64,000 nt of DNA, from positions 4,239 through 68,238 of IMG/VR virus record IMGVR_UViG_3300043610_000044. The stretch is one strand, 5' to 3'. Shown here piece after piece: positions 1 to 8,619 of this stretch. The position numbers and the translations under genes are program-made. The notes beneath the pieces are model-generated. The model had not been told where the DNA came from. It ran no database searches and saw nothing but the letters and a program-made list of their open reading frames with translations. Within the stretch, counting starts at the first letter, position 1. Each line of letters starts with the position of its first letter. The stretch comes from a virus. Lineage: Duplodnaviria > Caudoviricetes.

Positions 1-271
1 TGCCGTACGAGCCGTGGCAAGCACTCACCGAGCAGCAACGACTGGCCCTGGTAGACCACGAGTTGTCGCATTTCTACGTAGCGATACCGGAAGGCCCGGA
101 CGAGGACCGGAAGCTGGTGATGCTCGGCCACGACCTGGAGGAGTTCACTGCGGTGGTGGAGCGTCACGGGTTGTGGCGGCCGGACCTGAAAGAGTTCGCC
201 CGGGTCGTCGCGCGGCGCAGCGATCAGCCGACGCTGGACGAGGACGTGGACCCGGATACGGGTGAGATCGG

Positions 272-1543
272 GTGACCGGCGTGGACTTCGGGGACGCGGG
301 CGTGTTCGAGGGCCTGACGGGACTGTCCGAAGAGGACGCTGCCGCGTTCATCGCAGCAGTCAACGACGCACCGACCGGCCACACCCTGTCCGTCACCATC
401 AACCGCGACCGCGTCGAGCTCGAGGTCGCCTGCCATGAGCCGCAAGGCGCCGACTGCCGACTGTCTTGCGACAACGAAGGCTGCGGCGACGTCGAGACGT
501 GCAACGACCGGGGCGAGACATGCCACCTGTCCGACTCCGGCGACTGCCAGCCGTGTCTGCACCTGAACGAAGACCCGAGCATGATCGAGGAGTGGCACGA
601 GGCCGTGGTCGAGCCGCTGACCGACGGCATGCCGATCGTGTGCACCTGGGATGGGGGCGGGTACACCTGGCGCGGCGCACACACCCCGCCGGCCGAGTCT
701 GAGGTGCGGCCGTGACCGCCCCCTGGCCGGTACCCGAGGAAGCCGTCCAGGCCGCTATGGATCTCTCGCCGTTGTGGCCGCAGATCACCACCGCACACGT
801 CCAGGCGCTACTCGCCCTAGCCGCCCCGCACATCGTGGCGGCCACCCTCAGGCAGGCAGCCAGCCGGTACACCACCGAGATCGCCGCCGCAGTCCACGCC
901 GCCACGAAGGCCCTCAGGAAGGACGCCACCCTCGGACAGGAATGGGACGGCACGGTCCGCGTCCAGGCCGCCGAGGGTATCGCCGCGGTCCTGAACCGGT
1001 GGGCCGAGCAGGTGCAGCCATGAACGCCGACGCCATCCACATCACCCCGAACGGCAGCATCAGCCTGCTCATCGGCGGCGAGTGGACAGACTGCGACCTC
1101 GCCTCCGACTGGTTCCTCGACGGCTGGCGCTGCATCGCAGAGCGGGCCGCAGCAGCCCACGGGTACCGGCTGAGCGGGCCGTGGGCCGACCACGAGGAGG
1201 CCGGCGGGTACTTCGGTGTCCGCGCCGCGATCGAACCCGTGGCGACACCATGACCGCCCCCGACTGGACCGTGCGCGCGCCCCGCAGCCTCACCGACCTC
1301 GCCTGCCCGCAAGGCCACTTCATCACCCAGACGCAGGACCGTCGATGGCTCCACCGCCTCGCCATGGCACTGGACCACCACGACCAGCGGCAACTACGGC
1401 TCGACCTCGCCCGGTACCTCGCCGATACCTGCGCCCACCACTGGCACGACATCACCGACAGCCCGCCCGTCTTGCCGCTGTGGCAATGCCTGTGGTGCTG
1501 CCGAGTCGAAGGCCCCGAGAACCCGCAGGCGGTGACCGGATGA
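272..1543 (+). CDS. Four small coupled hypothetical phage genes (272-715 Cys-rich, 712-1023, 1020-1253, 1250-1543)
   Basis: Consecutive ORFs with RTGA stop/start overlaps and upstream GGAG/GAGG; no recognisable domain. Confidence 0.65.
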
Positions 1544-1791
1544 CCGTGTTCCTCGAATTCCGCTCCCGGTGCTGGCTGTGCGGCTACCGGCTCCGCGGCT
1601 GGCAGTGCCGCGTCGTCCGCATCAACAAACACAGCCTCCGCACCACCGACCGGACAGGGCTCGGCGCCTACGACCGGGCATGCCCCGAATGCCTACTCCC
1701 CGGAGACGCCGGACTCGTCAAAGGCGAAGACGGGGTGTGGCGGTTCCCGAGCGACCCGGACGCGCCGCCGTGGTGGGAAGGCCGGCAATGA
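1540..1791 (+). CDS. Cys-rich small protein; in-frame fusion of two genes that are separate at 63252-63742
   Basis: N-half matches 63252-63404 and C-half matches 63637-63742; joined at CGAATGC. Confidence 0.75.
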   Translation: MTVFLEFRSRCWLCGYRLRGWQCRVVRINKHSLRTTDRTGLGAYDRACPECLLPGDAGLVKGEDGVWRFPSDPDAPPWWEGRQ

Positions 1792-2015
1792 AGCCCCGCG
1801 ACGTGATCGACCGCTGCCCCGGATGCGGATGCACCCGCTACTGCGACGGGTGCGGCTGCTACGGCTGCTACCGGCCCGCCTGCCGCTGCTACCAGCCGCT
1901 GGAAGGCGCGGTCACCCGCCCACCCGACATCCGCATCACCCCACCCACCCCGCGGGTGCTCGTGAAAGAAGGCCCGGTCAAGCCACCGCCCGCCTGGTTC
2001 AGAGGCCGGCGATGA
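1788..2015 (+). CDS. Small Cys-rich (putative Zn-binding) protein; near-identical copy at 63739-63966
   Basis: CxxC-rich N-half; ATGA overlap; 3 nt differences from second copy. Confidence 0.7.
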   Translation: MKPRDVIDRCPGCGCTRYCDGCGCYGCYRPACRCYQPLEGAVTRPPDIRITPPTPRVLVKEGPVKPPPAWFRGRR

Positions 2016-2883
2016 CCAAACACCGAAGCGGAACCGGCGGCATCACCCCACCACCGGCCACCACCGACCAAGCACGCGCGACGATGCTCCTCGCCGTTGG
2101 CAACGGCATCGGCCACGTCTACACCGGCGCCCCCGACGGCATCCGCGAATGGACGCCGACGCCCGACGAGATGGCCGCCATAAGGCGCCTCGCACGGCCC
2201 GTTCTCGACGTACTCGGGCTGCTCCCCGACCCTGCCAAGACGCCCCGGTCAAAGGTTCAACCGGGCCCCACCGTCCCACCCACCGACGCCGCCATAAAAC
2301 TCGCCGCCCGAGTCATCCCCGACCGTCTCGACCCCCAACGGGCCGCCACCCTCGCCCGGCTGTACGAACGCCACGGGCTACCCGTACCGCTACGCGTCGC
2401 GAAACTCAGGGCCGAATACCAGGCCGAACGACGCGCCGCCAGGAGAGCAGTATGAGCCCCGCGCAGCAGGCCCTCGCCGAAGCCGCCGCGGCAGAAGCTG
2501 CCCGGGTGTACGGCGGCACCTGCCCCGAATGGCAACCGACCGACCGGCCACCCACCCCCGATGAACTCCGCCGCGCCAACGCCGACTATGCGCGCCTACG
2601 CCGCGCAGGCCAGCCCGTACCCGTGCACACCTACGACCTCTACAACGCCTACCAGCGGCACCTGAAAGCCCGGCGCCGCGCCGAACTCGCCGACATCGGT
2701 CGGCCGTCCACAGCCGGTGGACAACCCGTGGAGTCGCCTGTGGATTACCTGTCCGACTCGAACGCGTGTGCAGAAAACGGTAGGATGATCTTACCCGACA
2801 ACGGGCGGGCCGGCCAGGGTATCCCCACCCCAACCGGCCCTGGGACCTCCACCGATCAGCCGGAAGGAGGCCGTGATGCCTGA
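2012..2883 (+). CDS. Two hypothetical early proteins (2012-2455, 2452-2883)
   Basis: ATGA overlaps; ORF track. Confidence 0.6.
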
Positions 2884-2948
2884 TGCTGTCCCACCGGGCA
2901 CCGGCTGCGCAACCCCCCCCGTCTCGACGCCGAAACGCTGCCGCTGAG

Positions 2949-3881
2949 ATGGCCCGCATCCGCTCCGTGAAGCCCGAGTTCTGGTCCGACTACGACCTGG
3001 CGCAATTGAGCCGGGACGCCCGGCTGCTGTACATCGCCCTGTGGAACCAGGCCGACGAACACTCGCGACTCCATGGAGACCCCCGGTGGGTCAAGGGGCA
3101 CTGTTTCCCCTACGACGACGACCTGAACCTGGCCGCGATCAGCCGGCTACTGGACGAACTCGAACGAGACGGGAAGCTCACCCGGTATGTCGTGAAAGGC
3201 GCCCCGTACATCTTCCTGGCCAACCTCGACGAGCATCAGCGGCTCGAACCGGAGAAGGTGGCCAGCAAGCTCCCGGCGCCCTCTGAGGCGGACCCGGCGA
3301 TGCCCGACCCGGACCCGTCGCAGCGCGGCGCAGACTCGTCCGAGCGCCGCGCAGAGAAGTCTGCACGGCAGGGTGCAAATCCCCGCAAAACACCCCCGTC
3401 AGCGCTCCCACCTGCACGTATAGATAAGTCTGCGCCGCGCGCAGACTCGTCCGAGAAGATTGTCGCTTCTTTGGGTTGCATGGAGCATGGAGCATGGAGC
3501 ATGGAGCATGGTGATGCCGGCGACTCCGCGCCGGCCGCACGCGGCCCGACGGCGGGCCAGCGAGCCAAGAAGATCACCGACGCCTACGCCGCCGCCGAGC
3601 CCATGTGCCGCTGGCCCGCCATCAACGGCATCACCGCCAAGGCGATCAAAGCCGGCCGCTGGACCGACGACGAAATCCGCGATGCTCTGCTGCGTCTTGC
3701 CGCCGAACGTCGCACCGTCACCGTGGACACCTTGCGGATCGAACTCGACGGGCTACCACCGAATCGGATGGCCCCGCCGCGGGAAGCGGATGAAGCCCCC
3801 GCCACCCGGCTGCTTCGCCGCATGGCCGCCGGCGAGAACACCACCGTCGTGCCGATACGCCCCGAACTGGAGGCCCGATGA
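2949..3881 (+). CDS. Phage replication initiator (lambda O/DnaD-like N-terminal winged helix)
   Basis: MARIRSVKPEFWSD...ARLLYIALWNQADEHSRLHGDPRWVKGHCFPYDD N-terminus; low-complexity central region containing DNA repeats. Confidence 0.8.
   Translation: MARIRSVKPEFWSDYDLAQLSRDARLLYIALWNQADEHSRLHGDPRWVKGHCFPYDDDLNLAAISRLLDELERDGKLTRYVVKGAPYIFLANLDEHQRLEPEKVASKLPAPSEADPAMPDPDPSQRGADSSERRAEKSARQGANPRKTPPSALPPARIDKSAPRADSSEKIVASLGCMEHGAWSMEHGDAGDSAPAARGPTAGQRAKKITDAYAAAEPMCRWPAINGITAKAIKAGRWTDDEIRDALLRLAAERRTVTVDTLRIELDGLPPNRMAPPREADEAPATRLLRRMAAGENTTVVPIRPELEAR
3328..3511. repeat. Putative replication origin inside initiator gene: 17-bp direct repeat plus GCATGGA tandem array
   Basis: GCGCAGACTCGTCCGAG at 3328-3344 and 3439-3455; AAGTCTGC at 3357 and 3426; (GCATGGA)x4 + GCATGG at 3478-3511. 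Confidence 0.6.
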
Positions 3882-4444
3882 CCCCCGCCGAAACGGTGCT
3901 GCTCCTGGCCTACGCCGGCAACATCGACTCCCGCGTCCGCCGTAAGGCCGACGCCGACACCGAGATGCAAGCCCGCGCCTGGCACGCCGTTCTCGGCGAC
4001 GTCGCCCCGGCCGACGCCGAGGTAGCCATCACGGCCCATTACCGGCGTCCAGACCCGCAGCCGATCCTCCCCGGCGACATCCGCGCCTACTGCGTCGCCC
4101 GAGCCAACGAACGTGCCGAAGCCCGCCAGATGCAGGCCCTGACGGGCCCCGACCTGGTGCCCATGCCCGAACAGGTCCGCGAACAACTCCGGCAGATCCG
4201 CGAGAACTGGTCCGCACCGATCCGGATGAACACCCCCGACCGCGACAGGAGCGCGCCACGTCGCAGCGGCCATGCCGAAACCGACGCCGACCGGGCCGCA
4301 CGCGGTCGCGCTGTCACGGTGTGTTTCCGGTGCGCCTGCGACATCCCGGCGCCGGCCGGGTGGAATCCCCGCGACCGGGAAGCGCCGCCCGTCTACTGCG
4401 ACCCGTGTACCGCCGCTCCCAACCGGCAGGAGGCCGCGTCGTGA
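3878..4444 (+). CDS. Replication-associated protein (helicase loader/inhibitor-like)
   Basis: MTPAETVLLLAYAGNIDSRV...AWHAVL...AITAHYR...ILPGDI pattern typical of the gene following actinophage initiators. Confidence 0.55.
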   Translation: MTPAETVLLLAYAGNIDSRVRRKADADTEMQARAWHAVLGDVAPADAEVAITAHYRRPDPQPILPGDIRAYCVARANERAEARQMQALTGPDLVPMPEQVREQLRQIRENWSAPIRMNTPDRDRSAPRRSGHAETDADRAARGRAVTVCFRCACDIPAPAGWNPRDREAPPVYCDPCTAAPNRQEAAS

Positions 4445-4676
4445 GCGGGATCGTGAACAAGCCACGTAAGCTCCGACACGACTGCGAGCCGCCCGATCGG
4501 CGCGGTCTGCCGGAGTCGGCGCTCTGGCGGTGCGACTGCGGCCGCCTGTGGAGGGTCGGCCCGGCGTGTGACCTGTGCGATTTCTACGGGGGCCATTCGA
4601 CGGGGCAGTGCACCGTCGGCCGGGTATGGCGTCCGGCGCGGATGGGTCAGCGGTTCCGCTACTGGCGGAGCAAGCC

Positions 4677-5366
4677 ATGACCGAATCCTCGCCGCGCTGT
4701 ACTGACCGCTGCAACCGCATGACCGACCGCGGCCTGTGCGACTGGTGCGCCCGCCGGGTCGGTGCCGAACTCGCCGACCTCCCGGAGCTGTGGACGGCGC
4801 TCTGCGAGTCGTTGGAGCCGAATGGCGGTCACGGCGACGGCCGCGGCACCGGCGAGCCGGCGATAGGGGTCCGCATCGACGTTCTGAACTTCACCGGCCC
4901 GGCCAGTGAGCCCCGTATCGTCAATGGCGAACCGCACGCCGCCGACCAGTCCGGCGCCATTCCCCTTGTCGCCGTATTGGCCTGCTGGGCGGAACTCGTG
5001 ATGCAGGAACGCCATTTCGCGAGTAGGGCCCGCTTGACGTTCGCCACCTCCAGGCGCTATCTTGTGGCCCAGCACGAGTGGATCTGCCGCCAAGCCTGGG
5101 CCGATGACTACGCCGCCGAATTGCACGGGGTGTGGTGCACAGCCCGGACGTTGACAAATACATGGACCTCCCCGGAATTGCTCCGGAACAGGTATTGCCC
5201 GTGGTGCAAGATGGGCTGCCTGTACCAGGAGAGGCGCAACGGGTCAGGGGTTATCGAATGCCAGCCGAGCGCCGGCGGCTGCGGGTCCTGGTGGATGAGC
5301 GCCGAGCATTACGAGCAGACGGTGAAGATGCGGGTGGCGTATGAGAAAGCGAACGGGGCCGCGTGA
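4677..5366 (+). CDS. Putative Zn-finger late-transcription regulator
   Basis: N-terminal CxxxC..CxxC and C-terminal CPWC..C..C motifs; position upstream of HTH gene and packaging genes. Confidence 0.45.
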   Translation: MTESSPRCTDRCNRMTDRGLCDWCARRVGAELADLPELWTALCESLEPNGGHGDGRGTGEPAIGVRIDVLNFTGPASEPRIVNGEPHAADQSGAIPLVAVLACWAELVMQERHFASRARLTFATSRRYLVAQHEWICRQAWADDYAAELHGVWCTARTLTNTWTSPELLRNRYCPWCKMGCLYQERRNGSGVIECQPSAGGCGSWWMSAEHYEQTVKMRVAYEKANGAA

Positions 5367-5698
5367 TGGATGACGAGAGTGAACTCGAAGATGGCGGACA
5401 ACGGTTCGAGCTAGTCATGCCCTTCGTGGTCGTCACCAGTAAGGGTGGTCCATACGATGACGCGGCATTCGTAGCTGGCTGGGAATGCGCCGTCATAGAC
5501 AAAGCTCTCGGCGCAGTTGCCGAATACGAGGCGACTTTCCGGCGGACCGTCCACTCAGCGAATCTGCCACAGCTTGACCTGATTGCGATGAAGCACGGTT
5601 ACGCCATGGAAGGGCTGGAACTGGACGTCGATGCGAAGCTCGCCGATCCAGCAGGTGAGTGGTCGTGGGTCTCGTTCGCCCCTATGGATCCGCCATGA
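5363..5698 (+). CDS. Hypothetical protein (moron-like, lower GC3)
   Basis: ORF coupled at both ends; visibly more A/T-ending codons. Confidence 0.6.
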   Translation: MMDDESELEDGGQRFELVMPFVVVTSKGGPYDDAAFVAGWECAVIDKALGAVAEYEATFRRTVHSANLPQLDLIAMKHGYAMEGLELDVDAKLADPAGEWSWVSFAPMDPP

Positions 5699-5952
5699 CC
5701 CGCCCCCGCGTCTACACCCTCCCCGAGGCCGCCGCCCGCTGCGGCGTCTCGCCCCGCACCATCCGCTCCTGGATGGCCCCGGCCCCGCCGTGGCGACCCG
5801 AACGGCCCTGCCTGGAACCCATCCCAGACTCGTGGGTGCTCCTCGGCCACCACCTGTTCACCGAACCCGCCCTTGCCGCCGCCGAGCTCGCGAACGCGGC
5901 CGGCAGGACCCGCCGAAAGCGTCAGCGCGTTCCTACCGCACACACAGCGTGA
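5695..5952 (+). CDS. Helix-turn-helix DNA-binding protein
   Basis: YTLPEAAARCGVSPRTIRSW MerR/Xis-type HTH. Confidence 0.7.
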   Translation: MTRPRVYTLPEAAARCGVSPRTIRSWMAPAPPWRPERPCLEPIPDSWVLLGHHLFTEPALAAAELANAAGRTRRKRQRVPTAHTA

Positions 5953-5954
5953 CA

Positions 5955-5963
5955 TGTTAGGGT
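5955..5963 (+). promoter_or_regulatory. Extended -10 promoter candidate (TGtTAGGGT), possibly late
   Basis: TGn-TANNNT immediately after the HTH gene, at the start of a 190-bp non-coding gap. Confidence 0.4.
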
Positions 5964-6144
5964 GCCCGTGATTGTGGATCTCCCCGCCCTGAACGCCCCC
6001 GGTCCGCGCCCCGTCGGTCCTGGGGTTTGCGTGCCGGCCCGGCAGCGGCCCCCTGCCTGGGGAGTCGGGGGGCCCACCGGGCCGGACACGACCACAGGAT
6101 CCGAACCGAAGTCGCTCCGTGACGGAGCGGGAAAGCCAGGCGTG

Positions 6145-6507
6145 ATGCCCCGCGAGCAGATCAACTACCCGCAGCCCGTAGAAGCCCTGGTGATCGACGG
6201 GCCGTCCGGACTGCCGACCGGCTTCAGGACGTGGACCACCGACCCAGCGTTGCACGTCAACTGGCACGGCGACGACTGTGGCAACGGTCACGTGCAGGTG
6301 GCGTTCGAGGCCGACCCGGCGTATCTCCGGCTGGCGCTGGACTCCCCGAACGAGCCCGCCGACCGGACGTCGATGTACACCCCGGTCCTGACCGCGGCGG
6401 AGATCAAACGGCTGATCCGGACGTTGAAGCGGGCATCGAGGGCCGCCTACGGCAAAGACGCGGCCGAGGTCGGGACTGCGTCGCCGCCTCCCGGGCTGAG
6501 CGGATGA
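6145..6507 (+). CDS. Hypothetical phage protein
   Basis: ORF with typical codon usage after long leader. Confidence 0.65.
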   Translation: MPREQINYPQPVEALVIDGPSGLPTGFRTWTTDPALHVNWHGDDCGNGHVQVAFEADPAYLRLALDSPNEPADRTSMYTPVLTAAEIKRLIRTLKRASRAAYGKDAAEVGTASPPPGLSG

Positions 6508-6684
6508 CCGGCGAGTGGACCGTCGCGGACCGGCAGCCGTGACCGGCGTACGCAAGCAGCTATGGCGGATCCGGCGGACGTCCTGCAATTGCGGCGGCTC
6601 ATGGGCGTGGTACCGGCAGCGGCCGTCAGGTGCATGGCAGTGCGAAGGCTGCGTCTGCCACCACTTCTGGACATTGGTCAGTTG

Positions 6685-7160
6685 ATGACCGGTGAGTTCG
6701 AGGGGTTCCTGTCCGCCGCGCTCCGCGACCTCTGCGGCGCCGGCATGCCGGCGCCGCAGAGGTCGCGGAGCGCGGCGGACAGGGGCACCTACTCAGCCAG
6801 CTCGACGACCTCGACCCGGGAGCCGGGCTCACGGCGGAACAGCGGCGCCTGATGGGGCTCCCGTACATCCCGGTCGGCGATGCGGGCCACGGGTTCGACC
6901 CGGCGCTGGTCTCCGACGGGACGCACACCGTTGGCGACCTCCGTAACGCGGTCAAGCTCGGCGGCTACGTCCCGGTCTCCCACGAGGCGCTGTGCGACTA
7001 CACCGACCACGTCTGCACCGCCGACTGCCCGCCGCCGTACGTGCCCCCGCCCGTGCCGTTCCGCCGCCGCGCCCGGTACGCCCTGCGCCGCTGCTGGTGG
7101 TGGGTCACCGGCCTTCGGGTCGCCCACCGGTCCCGCATCGACCAGGACGGGGACGACTGA
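6685..7160 (+). pseudogene. Probable single gene frameshifted across the palindrome (alternatively two ORFs 6685-6852 and 6852-7160)
   Basis: Coupled ATG at 6685 (MTGEFEGFLSAALRDL); after the palindrome the protein-like frame is -1 (GHLLSQLDDLDPGAGLTAEQRRLMGLPYIP). Confidence 0.45.
6708..6783. repeat. Perfect 76-bp palindrome (38-bp arms, no loop, centre GCA|TGC)
   Basis: CCTGTCCGCCGCGCTCCGCGACCTCTGCGGCGCCGGCA followed directly by its exact reverse complement. Confidence 0.97.
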
Positions 7161-7400
7161 TGGCGCGCATCGAGGGGCAGCAGGCCGTTGCCAGCACAGC
7201 CGTACCGCCACGCCCGACAGTCGCACCGGACCCGCCGCCGGTCTCCAGCGGCGTCACGGCCGGCACGCCTACGCGGGTGCTGGTCCACCCGGCCGACATG
7301 ACCGTCTACAGGGACCACACCGGGCACGTCGTCGCCTACGAGATCGCCTGGTACGAGTGATGCGCGTTCAGGAGAGCCCCCGCTGTAACAGGCCTCACGC

Positions 7401-7691
7401 TCAACCGTAGCAACCGACCGTCCGCATCCTCGCGTTAGCCGCCTCCATCCACCCGATAGCCCGCCGACGCGCAGACTCATCCCCCACCCGCTGCCGATCC
7501 GCCGCGATCACCGACGCGTTGTCGAACTCCCGCTGTAGCACCGGACACCCCGACTCCTGCAAGATCCGCTGCACCACCGGATCCGGCTGCACCGACGGCG
7601 AACTGCGGGTCAACGCGAACACACCACCCCCGGCCACCAGCAGGACGAGGACGACGACAGCGGACAGCAGGACCGAACGTTGGATGGTCAT
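7401..7691 (-). CDS. Membrane-anchored/secreted protein, reverse-oriented moron
   Basis: N-terminal hydrophobic helix VLLSAVVVLVLLVAGGGVFAL; two Cys. Confidence 0.65.
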   Translation of the reverse strand: MTIQRSVLLSAVVVLVLLVAGGGVFALTRSSPSVQPDPVVQRILQESGCPVLQREFDNASVIAADRQRVGDESARRRAIGWMEAANARMRTVGCYG

Positions 7692-7744
7692 CCCGCCATG
7701 ACACCCCACCACGGGGTCGGCGCACTAGGGCCGAAAGGGTAGCC

Positions 7745-8098
7745 ATGGCCCGCACCGAAGATGCCGCCGCCCGACGGTGGAGGCCACACCGCCACGCCAC
7801 CCGCGGTCGCCGCCCCTCCCGGGCGGACCTCGCCGGCGAGTACGGCCACCAGCACCGGCAGATGCGGGAGCAGTGGCGGCCAGTCGTAGACGCAGGGCAC
7901 GCGACCTGCCACCGCACCGTCTGCCTCATGCCCACCCGCCACATCCAGCCCGGCACGCCCTGGGACCTGGACCACACCGACGACCGCACCGCCTGGACCG
8001 GGCCGGCGCACCGCCGATGCAACCGGGCGGCGGGCGCGCGCACAGCCAACACACAACGGCGGGCCCGGAGGGCTACGGCGACCTCGCGAGCCTGGTGA
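7745..8098 (+). CDS. HNH endonuclease (packaging cofactor, HK97 gp74-like position)
   Basis: C..C...WDLDH...GPAHRRCNRAAG; directly upstream of terS. Confidence 0.8.
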   Translation: MARTEDAAARRWRPHRHATRGRRPSRADLAGEYGHQHRQMREQWRPVVDAGHATCHRTVCLMPTRHIQPGTPWDLDHTDDRTAWTGPAHRRCNRAAGARTANTQRRARRATATSRAW

Positions 8099-8208
8099 GG
8101 CGAGTCGGACATGCCCGGTTTTTCTTGATCCACATCGTAGCCCGCCTCCGCACGCCTCCTATCTCCGCCCGGTAGCGGGTCGTTCCGGAACCCCGGGGGT
8201 GGCCCGCT
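8099..8208. other. Probable cos/packaging region
   Basis: Non-coding gap between HNH and terS with T-run (GGTTTTTCTTG) and pyrimidine-rich tract; exact cut site not determinable. Confidence 0.45.
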
Positions 8209-8619
8209 ATGGACCGAGCCTGCGATTCCTGCGGCGGGACGTACGAAGCGAAGCGCCGGACCTCGCGGTTCTGTTCGGACCGGTGTAAGCGCCGCGCGCA
8301 TCGGGGGCATCTGGCGGCGGTCCCTGTGCCGGATTCCACCCCGCCGGGGGCTGCTACCCCCGTGGAGGGCTCGCCGGGCCGTCTTTCGGCCGCTACGCGG
8401 GCCGAGTTGGCTGCGGTGGGCCGGGTGGAGTCTCCGGCGGGGCAGCAGGCGCTGATGTTGGCGGAGCGCCTGGACGCCGGGCAGGACACCGGGTCGGGGA
8501 TCGCCGCGTTGTCGCGGGAGTTGCGCGCCACGATGGTGGTGGCGATGGCGGACGCGCACCGGGTCGAGTCGGAGTTGGACAAGCTCCGGAGGCGTGATGC
8601 CGACTGGCGCAGCGCCTGA
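8209..8619 (+). CDS. terS: Terminase small subunit
   Basis: N-terminal CxxC..RFCSDRC finger, helical C-half ending ELDKLRRR; overlaps terL. Confidence 0.75.
   Translation: MDRACDSCGGTYEAKRRTSRFCSDRCKRRAHRGHLAAVPVPDSTPPGAATPVEGSPGRLSAATRAELAAVGRVESPAGQQALMLAERLDAGQDTGSGIAALSRELRATMVVAMADAHRVESELDKLRRRDADWRSA

Noticed and set aside
705-720. 16-bp identity with 36554-36569 (TGCGGCCGTGACCGCC)
   Set aside because: 36 kb apart and brackets no cassette; treated as junction-sequence convergence and used as a caveat for the junction-repeat finding.
3370-3385. T-loop-like GGGTGCAAATCCCC
   Set aside because: Inside the initiator coding region with no other tRNA arms.
3478-3511. CRISPR-like array
   Set aside because: 7-bp tandem units without spacers; no cas genes; no repeat-spacer array found anywhere in the window.
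6708-6783. Palindrome as a protelomerase (telRL-type) site of a linear plasmid prophage
   Set aside because: No protelomerase or partition genes seen; the phage has an integrase and att site; the palindrome lies in coding sequence.
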